A stretch of DNA of 64,000 nucleotides from NCBI GenBank assembly GCA_002719955.1, contig PBFW01000009.1, forward strand, positions 299,057 to 363,056. Reading direction: 5' to 3'. Under the pieces are notes generated by a model that was not told where the DNA came from, made no database searches, and was given only the letters and a program-made list of their open reading frames with translations. The DNA comes from Deltaproteobacteria bacterium. Lineage in GTDB: Bacteria > Myxococcota_A > UBA9160 > UBA4427. Below are positions 43,562 to 52,353 of the stretch, piece after piece. Positions within the stretch are counted from its first letter, which is position 1, and each line of letters starts with the position of its first letter. Made by a program: the position numbers and the translations under genes.

Positions 43562-43848
43562 GGGGGCGTAGGGAAGCACACGCCCCCAGCCCTTGCCATG
43601 AATCGCGTTGCCGGCTCCCGGCATCCCCTGATTCGACCCGATCCGTTGGCTGAAAGAGGCGAGGCGCCTAGATTTCACCTCGAAAGCCGGATCGAGACCT
43701 TTTCGTCGGATTCCGGCGGGCAAGGGGCTGGCCTTTTCGACGATCGTGCGCGGATGGCGGAAGGGGACGAGCGAGCGGAGATGGGGGATCGACAACCGAA
43801 GCGGGTATTCGGCGCACTGCGCTCGATCGCTCGAAGGGTTCCGGCGCG

Positions 43849-44742
43849 ATGAGCGCGCATACCCGCGCTCTGGTTCAGGGACTCGTCGTCGTGATCGCCG
43901 CCCAGTGGATGGGGGTTCTCGCGAAGCTCGCGCTCTTCGAGGTGCCGGCTTTCACCTTCGTCTGGCTTCAGCTCGCAGCGGCCGGCCTCTTCATGCTTCT
44001 TTACACCCTCGTGTTTGCGCGGGAAAGATGGCCGTCGGGTCTCGCCCCGGCGGACTGGCTGGCCATCGCCTTCATCGGTGTCGTCAACTTCGGGCTCTGT
44101 CGCGTCCTGATGATGATGTCGATCGAGCGGCTTCCGATGAACACCTTCGTGTTCGTACTGAGTTTCGTGAGCCTCGTGACGATGGGTCTGAGCGTTGTCT
44201 TCCTGGGTGAGCATCCGGGGCGACGGCAGATGCTGGGCGTCGTCCTCGCGATCGTTGGGGTATGGCTCTTCTTTCCCGACGTCCCACCGCCGGCGGAGCT
44301 CAGAGGGGTCGTCTACGCGCTGCTGATCGTGTTCGGGCTCGGCGCGACCAATAATGTGACGCGCTGGTTGTTGACGCGTCAGGGGGACGGACTCACGAGT
44401 TCATTGCTCTCGACGCTGGCCCTCCCGATCGGCGCGATCCCCATCATCCTCGCCGGGCTGACACTGGATTGGCCCCCGCCCGTCGGTGGCGCGCGAAACG
44501 CCTGGATCATCGTGGCCAACGGTGTCGTCGGGATCGCGCTCACGCAGACCGTTTTCAACGCTGTCCTCAGGACGCTTCGCTCCTACGAGGCGAGCGTGCT
44601 TGCGGGATCCGGCCTGATCTGGACGGCGCTCCTCGCGATTCCGATTCTCGGTGAATGGCTCGAATGGAGGCAGATCGCGGCGATCGGGGTCGTGTTGTCC
44701 GGCGTCGTCATGACGCAGAGACGACCGGCCGAGGGGCGCTGA
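43849..44742 (+). CDS. DMT family transporter (EamA-like, 10 TM)
   Basis: Two EamA-type repeats of 5 TM helices each. Typical hydrophobic pattern, about 297 aa. Confidence 0.85.
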   Translation: MSAHTRALVQGLVVVIAAQWMGVLAKLALFEVPAFTFVWLQLAAAGLFMLLYTLVFARERWPSGLAPADWLAIAFIGVVNFGLCRVLMMMSIERLPMNTFVFVLSFVSLVTMGLSVVFLGEHPGRRQMLGVVLAIVGVWLFFPDVPPPAELRGVVYALLIVFGLGATNNVTRWLLTRQGDGLTSSLLSTLALPIGAIPIILAGLTLDWPPPVGGARNAWIIVANGVVGIALTQTVFNAVLRTLRSYEASVLAGSGLIWTALLAIPILGEWLEWRQIAAIGVVLSGVVMTQRRPAEGR

Positions 44743-44809
44743 ATACGGTCCCCCGATTGGGCGCCTGCGCGATGCGGGGGCTCGACGCGATCATCAAAAG
44801 AAAAGGGGG

Positions 44810-44848
44810 TTGACGAACGATCGTTCGTTCAGCCATGATTGAACGATC
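44810..44848 (+). promoter_or_regulatory. Promoter-like -35 overlapped by a perfect 16-bp palindrome plus a repeated half-site, upstream of the P450 gene
   Basis: TTGACG at 44810-44815. Palindrome ACGAACGATCGTTCGT at 44813-44828. The core GAACGATC recurs at 44841-44848. A possible -10 CATGAT lies at 44834-44839. Confidence 0.45.
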
Positions 44849-44923
44849 ATGACGCGTCCGTCGTGACCCCGACCGAGTCGCACCCGATCGCCTGGAATCA
44901 CTTTTCACTCGAGTGCTCCGTGA

Positions 44924-46261
44924 ATGAAAGCACTGGGTGAGTTCGAACCGGAGGGCACCGCCCTTCTGGATTCGCGAGGAACCCCCGAGATGGCCGCCAG
45001 CCCCGAACTCCAGACCACCCCCGATCCCGGACCCGAAGATTTTCGCATCCTGCATCCCGAGGACTACGCCGCCCATGGCTATCCCCACCACATCTGGGCG
45101 AAATTGCGGGCGGAGGAACCGGTCTCCTGGCAAACCCAGCCCGGAAAGGCGATCGATTACTGGGCGATCACGAAACACGCCGACATTACGGCGATCGGCA
45201 AGCGCCCCGATCTCTTCCTGTCCGAGCCGCGCCTGGTGATTCAGCATCTCGAAGAAGAGGTGCGGGACATGCCGCCGACGCTGATCCAGATGGACCCGCC
45301 GATCCACGGCGATTTCCGACAGATGATCAGTCGCCGATTCACGCCGCGGGCGCTGAAGAAGATCCACAAGCCGATCGAGAAGATCGCCCGCGACATCGTC
45401 GAGAAGCTCTACCAGCAATCCGACGAAGGCGAGTGCGATTTCGTCACCGAGATCTCGGCGCCGCTGCCGATCGCGGTCATCGGCTGGCTGCTCGGTGTGC
45501 CGGAAGAAGATTGGGAGATGCTCTTCGACTGGACCAACCGCACCCTGGGCGCGGGAGATCCCGAGTACCAGGAAGAGGGGAAAGACGCGGGTCAAACCGC
45601 GCAGGCCGCCCAGATCGAGCTCTATCAATATTTCACGCAGCTGGTCGCGGAGCGCCGAAAGAACCCGCAGGACGATCTCGTCACCGCTTTCATCCAGAGC
45701 GAATACCAGGGTCGGCCGCTGAACGATATGGAGGTCCTCTCCTGGTGCTTCATCATCACGGTGGCCGGGAACGAGACGACTCGCAACGGCACGACCGGTG
45801 GCATGCTCACGTTCATCCAGCATCAGCACGAACTTCGTCGTCTTCAGCAGGACATGTCGATGCTCGACGACGCGATCGAGGAGATCGTGCGCTGGATTTC
45901 ACCGATCATCCATTTTTGTCGGACCGCGACGGAGGACTACCCGCTGCGGGACAAAGTCATCAAGAAGGGAGATCCGGTCGCGCTCTTCTACCCTTCTGCG
46001 AATCGGGACGAGGAGATCTTCGAGGATCCCTGGACCTTCAGGGTCAACCGCAAACCGAATCGACATATCGGGTTCGGTGTCGGTGAGCATTTCTGTCTGG
46101 GCGCCCATCTGGCCCGGCTCGAAATGGAGGTCGCCTACCGCCATCTGCTGCCGCGCATCGCCGAGATCGAGCTGGCGGGGCCGGTCGATCGGCTCCAGTC
46201 GAGCCTGGTGGGTGGTCTGAAGCGATTGCCGATCCGGTACAAGCTGCATCCCCTGAAGTAG
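44924..46261 (+). CDS. Cytochrome P450
   Basis: Haem-binding loop FGVGEHFCLGAHLA (FxxGxHxCxG), the I-helix AGNETT, and an ExxR region (EEIVRW). Confidence 0.9.
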   Translation: MKALGEFEPEGTALLDSRGTPEMAASPELQTTPDPGPEDFRILHPEDYAAHGYPHHIWAKLRAEEPVSWQTQPGKAIDYWAITKHADITAIGKRPDLFLSEPRLVIQHLEEEVRDMPPTLIQMDPPIHGDFRQMISRRFTPRALKKIHKPIEKIARDIVEKLYQQSDEGECDFVTEISAPLPIAVIGWLLGVPEEDWEMLFDWTNRTLGAGDPEYQEEGKDAGQTAQAAQIELYQYFTQLVAERRKNPQDDLVTAFIQSEYQGRPLNDMEVLSWCFIITVAGNETTRNGTTGGMLTFIQHQHELRRLQQDMSMLDDAIEEIVRWISPIIHFCRTATEDYPLRDKVIKKGDPVALFYPSANRDEEIFEDPWTFRVNRKPNRHIGFGVGEHFCLGAHLARLEMEVAYRHLLPRIAEIELAGPVDRLQSSLVGGLKRLPIRYKLHPLK

Positions 46262-46267
46262 CGCTGC

Positions 46268-46306
46268 GGAGATCGATTCCGGCCGAGGGGGCTGGAATCG
46301 ATCCCC
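46268..46306 (+). terminator. Stem-loop immediately after the P450 stop (possible intrinsic terminator)
   Basis: GGAGATCGATTCC (46268-46280) pairs with GGAATCGATCCCC (46294-46306) at 12 of 13 positions, with a 13-nt loop. There is no U-tract. Confidence 0.4.
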
Positions 46307-46414
46307 TGGCGATGGCGTGACGTCCATACTGACACGTATCGATTCGGGCATACTCTTTCGATCGGTCTCGTGGGCATTCGAATGGTTGCGACGGAGCGGG
46401 CGAGGGGGTGATCC

Positions 46415-47998
46415 ATGGCGATCGATCGGCGCGGCTTTCTCAAGACGAGTGCGGCACAGGCCGCGGTTCTCGGGCTAGGCGCAGCGGGGCCTAATACGCG
46501 CCATCCTGGGGCCGCTCCGGTTCTACGAGGTGCGAATCCCTTCCTGCACGGAGTGGCGAGTGGGGATCCCCTCGCCGATCGCGTGATCCTTTGGACGCGG
46601 GTTTCGCCTTACGACGATCGGATCGGTGAGCCGATCGAGACGCATTGGTGGATTGCCCGAGATTCGCTCGGTCTCGAGGTCGTGGCGGACGGGTCGGTCG
46701 TGGCGTCTCCCGCGACGGACTACACGGTCAAGGTCGATGCGTCGGGGCTCGAGCCCGGCAGCGACTACTACTACGGTTTTCTCACCCAGACGGGCCTCTC
46801 GCCGATCGGGCGAACGCGGACCTTGCCGCGCGACGATGTCGAGCACGTTCGCATGGCCTTCGCTTCGTGCGCGAATCTTCCGGCGGGTTTCTTCAACGGC
46901 TACGCATGTATGGCCGAGCGAGACGATATCGATGTCGTGCTTCATCTCGGTGACTATCTCTATGAATACGGCAATGGCGAATACGGGGACGGGACCTCAC
47001 TCGGTCGTATTCCAGATCCAATTCACGAGACGCTGACCCTCGAGGATTATCGTCGTCGCCACGCCTCCTACAAGGCGGATCCCGATCTCCAGGCCGCCCA
47101 CGCGCGTCATCCCTGGATCACGATCTGGGATGACCATGAGACCGCGAATAATTCTCATCCGGGGGGCGCCGAAAATCATGATCCCTCTCTCGAAGGGGAT
47201 TGGCAGATCCGAAAGCTCGCCGGGATCCGCGCCTACCACGAATGGATGCCGATCCGAGAGTTGCCGACGGGGCTCTACCGGAGTTTTCGGTTTGGCGAAC
47301 TGGTCGATCTGGTCATGCTCGATACGCGACTTCATGGGCGTGATCCGGAAGTGGTTCCCATGGACAACGTGGCGGCCTCAGATCCCTCGAGGACATTATT
47401 GGGCGAGGACCAGAAGGATTGGCTCTTCGACGAGCTCTCGAATTCACAGCGCGCGGGTTCGGCCTGGCGAGTCATCGGACAGCAGATCATGGTCTCCCCG
47501 GTTTCCTTCGGCGGTGTCGGTTTCAATCCCGATAGCTGGAATGGATATCGAGCCACGCGCATGCGGGTACTCGACCATCTCGAGAACGAGGGAATCGACA
47601 ATGTCGTCTTCCTGACCGGCGACGTGCATAGCAGCTGGGTCTTCGACGTCCCCGCTCCGTCGGGCTCGGAGAAGGATTACGATCGAACGACGGGTGCGGG
47701 GTCTCGTGCCGTCGAGTTCGTCACGCCCGCCGTCAGTTCTCCGCCGCTCGCGGCTGCGGAATCCTGGAGGACGCGTGAGCAGGAGATACTGGATCGTACA
47801 CCCCACCTGAAATACGCGAATTTCAGCGAGCAGGGCTTTGCGATCCTCGACCTCAGACGCGAGCGGGTACGGGCGGAGTATATCTTCACCGGCTCGGCGA
47901 AGACGAAGTCGCGCCGGTCGCGCTGTGCAGCGGTCTTCGAAGCACGGTCGGGGACGAATTGCGCCGAACGGGTCGAGTCAGATCTCTGCCAGGGCTGA
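46415..47998 (+). CDS. phoD: Alkaline phosphatase D, Tat-exported
   Basis: Twin-arginine signal MAIDRRGFLKTSAAQAAVLGLG. PhoD motifs include FLHGVASGDP, LHLGDYLYEY, WDDHE, GDVHSSW, and EFVTPAVSS. Confidence 0.9.
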   Translation: MAIDRRGFLKTSAAQAAVLGLGAAGPNTRHPGAAPVLRGANPFLHGVASGDPLADRVILWTRVSPYDDRIGEPIETHWWIARDSLGLEVVADGSVVASPATDYTVKVDASGLEPGSDYYYGFLTQTGLSPIGRTRTLPRDDVEHVRMAFASCANLPAGFFNGYACMAERDDIDVVLHLGDYLYEYGNGEYGDGTSLGRIPDPIHETLTLEDYRRRHASYKADPDLQAAHARHPWITIWDDHETANNSHPGGAENHDPSLEGDWQIRKLAGIRAYHEWMPIRELPTGLYRSFRFGELVDLVMLDTRLHGRDPEVVPMDNVAASDPSRTLLGEDQKDWLFDELSNSQRAGSAWRVIGQQIMVSPVSFGGVGFNPDSWNGYRATRMRVLDHLENEGIDNVVFLTGDVHSSWVFDVPAPSGSEKDYDRTTGAGSRAVEFVTPAVSSPPLAAAESWRTREQEILDRTPHLKYANFSEQGFAILDLRRERVRAEYIFTGSAKTKSRRSRCAAVFEARSGTNCAERVESDLCQG

Positions 47999-48033
47999 GA
48001 GGCCCCGCTGCCTTTCCCGGAGAGCGCCGAACT

Positions 48034-48882
48034 CTAGAGCGGTTCGGGCGTCGCGCGCTCCACGAGCAGGGTCGCGACCGTCAGCAGGACATCTTCGCGG
48101 CCCTCGTCGAAGAGCGAGACCCGTAAGAGCAGGCCCGATTCGGTTCGCCCGAGGCGACTCACCTCCGCCCGAACGGGTCCGACGCGGGCGAGTTTGAGGT
48201 AATGGATCTCGAGGCTTCGAACGCGCACCGGCCCGTCCAGCGCATGGGCACCGAAATGATCCGCTGCAGCGTCCAGCAGGATCGCGACGACCCCGCCATT
48301 CATGGCGCCCAGCGTGTTGAGGACGTAGGGCTCGACCGCCAGCCGCGCGATGGCGGGGTCGACGGAATCGAATTCGAGCCCGAGGCGGTCGAGTAGGGGT
48401 TTTTCGAAGCCCGAGGTCGCGTTGGAGAACTCGCTGCGAGGCTCAGCTTCTTCGGCCCAGCGGACGCGTGCCTGGAGTTCGTTGCGTCTGGGCAGGATCG
48501 AGAAGCCGACGGTCGACAGACCGCAATCGGTGTCGCTCTCCAGATGGTCGAGAGCGACCTCCATCACCAGCGTCGTTCGGCCCTTGCGGATCACGCGCGG
48601 TCGCACACGCAGCGTTCCTTCGCCCGGCAGGTGAGCGACCTGGAGGCTCAGGCTCGATGTGGCGATCCATTCGGGAAGAACCTCGCGAATCGCGGTCTCG
48701 CCCGCGACGACATCGACGACGGCTGCGAGTACCCCCACGCGGGGGCGCCCGCCGTGATCGAGAATCTCCGGCACGATCGGCAGGAAGAGGGTCGAGCCCT
48801 GGCCGTCCCGCTCAACGACGGGGGCGAGATCTCGCAGGATATGCACTTCGGGCGGGTAGGAGGGCGCTTCGGGATCGCTCAT
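48034..48882 (-). CDS. Double hotdog-fold thioesterase (PaaI/4HBT-like)
   Basis: Two tandem hotdog halves, each with the pattern G..HGG/NGG...(A)D...VR.GR....V (HGGRPRVGVLAAVVD..., LGAMNGGVVAILLDAAAD...). Confidence 0.8.
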   Translation of the reverse strand: MSDPEAPSYPPEVHILRDLAPVVERDGQGSTLFLPIVPEILDHGGRPRVGVLAAVVDVVAGETAIREVLPEWIATSSLSLQVAHLPGEGTLRVRPRVIRKGRTTLVMEVALDHLESDTDCGLSTVGFSILPRRNELQARVRWAEEAEPRSEFSNATSGFEKPLLDRLGLEFDSVDPAIARLAVEPYVLNTLGAMNGGVVAILLDAAADHFGAHALDGPVRVRSLEIHYLKLARVGPVRAEVSRLGRTESGLLLRVSLFDEGREDVLLTVATLLVERATPEPL

Positions 48883-48953
48883 GGCGGGCGCGAGGCTATC
48901 GCCCCTGAATGCATTTCGCCGCTGTGTGATCTGAGCGTGTGTCTTCGCGCGGA

Positions 48954-49424
48954 CTACTCTTCTTTCTTCCGAGCGGCGCGATCGGCCCGCTGGTCGGCCT
49001 TGTGTTGCGCGCGGTCCCCGGCCCTGTCGAGCTTGCGATTCTGGCGTTTGCCCCGGAGATCGAGCTTGCGGTCGATCTTGTCGCCCTTGCGTTCGAGATC
49101 GCGGACTCGTCGTTTAGCGCGGTCTTCGATCTTGTCGGCTTTGGCGGGCTTGCCCGCTTCGCGCGCTCGTTCGGCTGCGTGTTCGGCTTTGTGTTCGATG
49201 TGCTCGGCCTTGCGATCGAGTCTTCGCTCGATCTTGTCCCCTTTGCGATCGAGCTTGCGTTCGCGCCGGTCCCCCTTGCGGTCGAGCTGCTCCTCGATGC
49301 GGTCACCCCTCTCGCGCAGTCGTCGGGCGCGATCGGGGTCGTCGTTCGCCCAGGGGGCGGTCGCGTTGACCCAAACCAGGCCGAGGATCGTGATTGGAAT
49401 CAGGAGTCGCTTGAAGTCTGGCAT
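48954..49424 (-). CDS. Secreted charged 11-residue-repeat protein
   Basis: ATG 49424 has an AAGGAAGAG SD. Signal peptide MPDFKRLLIPITILGLVWVNATA. About nine 11-aa repeats of the type LDRKGDKIERR follow. The ORF extends to 49490. Confidence 0.7.
   Translation of the reverse strand: MPDFKRLLIPITILGLVWVNATAPWANDDPDRARRLRERGDRIEEQLDRKGDRRERKLDRKGDKIERRLDRKAEHIEHKAEHAAERAREAGKPAKADKIEDRAKRRVRDLERKGDKIDRKLDLRGKRQNRKLDRAGDRAQHKADQRADRAARKKEE
49025..49290 (-). repeat. Intragenic 33-nt periodic coding repeats
   Basis: Units such as cgagcttgcggtcgatcttgtcgcccttgcg and cgagcttgcgttcgcgccggtcccccttgcggtcgag recur. They encode the LDRKGDxIExx repeats. This is not a CRISPR array, because there are no spacers and it is in frame. 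Confidence 0.5.
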
Positions 49425-49486
49425 GGGCTCTTCCTTTTCGTCCGTTCCTGAAGCGGTTCGCGCGGCGCTCTGATCGGGTGAGGACA

Positions 49487-50134
49487 TCACTTCGCGACGA
49501 GTTCCCGGAGGGCTTCCATCAGATCATCGAGTTCGCGCGCGAGGCGGGCGGGAATTGCGGGGCGGCAGATCTCGGCGAGGGATTCGAAATACCAGATCTG
49601 CTGCGCGGCCCCGGCATTGAATCGCTCGAGTGTGGCTGGGCCCTCGTGACGCAGATCGCTCACGAGATCGGCCAGATTCTGCCGCTTGTCGCAGGCGGCG
49701 ACGAGTCGGCTCGGCTCGGCGGCGGCGCGGAGCTGGGCGAGGTAGCGCTCCTTGCGCTCGCGCCAGGGTCCCTTCGAGTGCGCGGATTCCTCGCGGGTGG
49801 TGTCGCTGCAGTCGAGCACGATCGTGAGAACGGCCCGCCCGAACCGGGTCTCGATCGTGTGCTCTCGCGCGGTGCGGTCGTCGGGGCTGGCCGCGTCCTC
49901 GAGCGCGTCGTGCAGGAGTGCGGCGATGACCTCGTCCGGTCCCCCGCCGGCGTCGATCACGATTCCCTGGACCTGCGCGAGATGACTCATGTAGGACGTC
50001 GTCCGGCCCTTGCGCGTCTGCAGGCCATGCCAGCGCCAGGCGAACTCGGTTGCCTCGACGATCCGTTCCCCTGCTGCGGCCAGGACGGGGGCCTCAGTGG
50101 CTTTCCGGTTGCTGGAACGATCCTCTTCCGACAC
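49487..50134 (-). CDS. HD domain protein, (p)ppGpp-hydrolase (SpoT/Mesh1)-like
   Basis: FAWRWHGLQTRKGRTTSYMSHLAQVQGIV...IAALLHDALEDA matches the HD hydrolase signature of small alarmone hydrolases. Confidence 0.75.
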   Translation of the reverse strand: MSEEDRSSNRKATEAPVLAAAGERIVEATEFAWRWHGLQTRKGRTTSYMSHLAQVQGIVIDAGGGPDEVIAALLHDALEDAASPDDRTAREHTIETRFGRAVLTIVLDCSDTTREESAHSKGPWRERKERYLAQLRAAAEPSRLVAACDKRQNLADLVSDLRHEGPATLERFNAGAAQQIWYFESLAEICRPAIPARLARELDDLMEALRELVAK

Positions 50135-50443
50135 ACCGTTTCCCTCTCGAAGATTCTTGATTTTACTCTAGAAATCAGAGCCTCGCAGTGATGCTCTCGA
50201 GGTCTGGGAGCCCGGGCCTGTTGGAATCGATCGGACGCGAGGGGAAAACCCTCGTTCAGGAGGCGCGCTGTGCGTTCCGGCTGTACTCCGAAACGCGACC
50301 GTCCCAGTTCCTGATTTTTCGGGACATCGTTTGCCCGATTCGCCCTCGGTTTTACGTCCTCATGAGTATCGGCCAATGAATTTTCGGTGACGCACGGAGC
50401 GCGCCCCGAAAACCGCGTCCACCGCCGAGGGGAGCAAGAGCAA

Positions 50444-52291
50444 ATGTCGAAATCTCGTGTGAGCGGTCCATGTGTTCGAGTACGGAGTTGGGGCTTCGTG
50501 GTCTCTGCGATCATGGCCTGGGCCCTGCTCATGACCACTTCCTCCGAGGCCGAGCAGGTCCAGGCTCTGGGCTTCGTTCTGGCCCGGGTGCTGGGCACCG
50601 TCGAGGCGCTGGATGAAGAGCCTGGCGCGAGTCCCGCGGTGAATCTCGCCGCGCGTCGGATGCGCCAGGATTTCGAGGATCAGTTGGTGGCGGGCGTCCG
50701 TCCGCCGAGCATCGAGCTCGAGGTCCATTTCGATTCGGAGGAGATTCGCCTCGAAAATGCCCCCGCGATCGAGGCGGCTGCAGAGGTTCTCAAGCAGCAT
50801 TTTCCGGAGTTGCGCTTCCTCGTCGCGGGCTATCGCGATGCCGCCGGGTCGGTCGTCGTGGGGTGGGATCGGCAGACCGCGGGATCTCGTCTAGCATTCG
50901 GCATGACGCAAGAATCCGACTCGACCGATCGATCCCGGGGTGCGGTGCAGTCCCGAGCCGAGCTCGACGCCGAATGGCAGCGCGCCTTCGAGTGGGTCGA
51001 GAATGCGCTTTCTGCCGAGATCATCAGCTTCGAACGGCAGCCACGATGGCGCCCGGCCTTCTTCGTCGAGGCGCTGCGCGATGGCGCGACGCTGCCGCTC
51101 TATCTGCGTGGCGAACGCGGCGAGCTCGATCACGGGGCCTATCCCTTCGAGCACGAGGCGAAGGTCCTGCAGGTGATGGAATCCGAGGGGCTGCCGGTTC
51201 CACATATCTATGGGATCAGTCCGGACCCCAAGATGATCGTGATGGACAAGATGCCCGGGCGCGCGGATCTCTCGACCGCGGAGAACGAGCAGGAACGTGT
51301 GTCGGCGTTGAACGACTACATGGATCTCCTGGCGGATCTTCATGCGATCGACCCCAAGCGCTTCGAGGAGATCGGCGTCGAGAAACCCCAGGATGCCGAG
51401 GCCGCCGGACTTGCGGATATGCATCGTTGGGAGAAGAATTTTCGGGCCGCCAAGAATCGGCCCGAGCCGCTCATCGAGTTCGTCTACGGATGGCTCAAGC
51501 GCAATGTGCCGAGGGATCGTTACGAGGTCTCGTGTCTGCAGGTGGATTCCGCTCAGTTCCTTTTCGACAAGGGACGTGTCACCTCCTTCCTCGACCTCGA
51601 ACTCGCCTGCTTGGGAGATCCGGCGGCGGATCTGGCCGGCATGCGCGGGCGGGATCTGGCGGAGCCGATCGGCGACCTGAAGCCCGCCTTCGAACGCTAT
51701 TTCGAGAAGACCGGCAAGCCGATCCCGAAAGAGGTGATCGACTATCACACGGTTCGCTTCGCCCTGGCGACGCCGACCACCTGTGCCCCGATCGTCCACG
51801 CGCCGCCGGACAGCGTGGACTATGTCCAGTATCTCGGCTGGTATTGGGTCTGGTCCCGTTCGTGCATCGAGGTCATGGCGAATATGGCCGCGATCGCTCT
51901 TCCGACCCCGGCGATCGCGGAACCGACGAGCACCGCCTTCGCTTCCGCACACGACCTGCTGGTCGACAAACTCGCCACCCTGCGCAGCGCGAGCGATGAT
52001 TTCCTTCGATACGAACTCGATACGACGTGGCGCAATGCGAGCTATTTGCGGCGAGTCGAATCGATGTGGCCCGCGATGGAGGCGGAGGAGACGGCGGAGA
52101 TCGACGCGCTGATCGGGCGCGTCACGAAGCCCCTCGACCGGGAGGCCGAGTTCGAAGCGTTCGTTCTCGAGCACGGGGCATCGAAGGAAGAGGAACTCCT
52201 GCAGTTCTTCCAGAAGCGCTGTCTCCGGAACGAGGCCCTCTATCAGCCGGTCGCGAGGGAACTCGAGGGCGTGAAGACGCAACTGCTCTAA
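50444..52291 (+). CDS. APH-fold phosphotransferase-like protein with an unusual N-terminal extension
   Basis: From about 50903 (MTQESD...) the translation is a phosphotransferase (APH/ChoK) fold: PLYLRGERG, VPHIYG, MDKMPG, LADLHAID, FLDLELACLGDPAADLA. The in-frame 153 upstream codons encode a signal-like segment and an OmpA_C-like fragment. The true start may be 50444, 50387 or 50903. Confidence 0.65.
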   Translation: MSKSRVSGPCVRVRSWGFVVSAIMAWALLMTTSSEAEQVQALGFVLARVLGTVEALDEEPGASPAVNLAARRMRQDFEDQLVAGVRPPSIELEVHFDSEEIRLENAPAIEAAAEVLKQHFPELRFLVAGYRDAAGSVVVGWDRQTAGSRLAFGMTQESDSTDRSRGAVQSRAELDAEWQRAFEWVENALSAEIISFERQPRWRPAFFVEALRDGATLPLYLRGERGELDHGAYPFEHEAKVLQVMESEGLPVPHIYGISPDPKMIVMDKMPGRADLSTAENEQERVSALNDYMDLLADLHAIDPKRFEEIGVEKPQDAEAAGLADMHRWEKNFRAAKNRPEPLIEFVYGWLKRNVPRDRYEVSCLQVDSAQFLFDKGRVTSFLDLELACLGDPAADLAGMRGRDLAEPIGDLKPAFERYFEKTGKPIPKEVIDYHTVRFALATPTTCAPIVHAPPDSVDYVQYLGWYWVWSRSCIEVMANMAAIALPTPAIAEPTSTAFASAHDLLVDKLATLRSASDDFLRYELDTTWRNASYLRRVESMWPAMEAEETAEIDALIGRVTKPLDREAEFEAFVLEHGASKEEELLQFFQKRCLRNEALYQPVARELEGVKTQLL

Positions 52292-52353
52292 ACGATTTCG
52301 AGCGTCCGCCCCGGGGATCCGGACGCCGCCGGGGTGGCGCTACCTTGGTCCCC

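Noticed and set aside
49025-49290. Periodic direct repeats that might suggest a CRISPR array or a satellite.
   Set aside because: The period is 33 nt with no unique spacers. The repeats are in frame and encode an 11-aa protein repeat inside a well-supported secreted-protein ORF.
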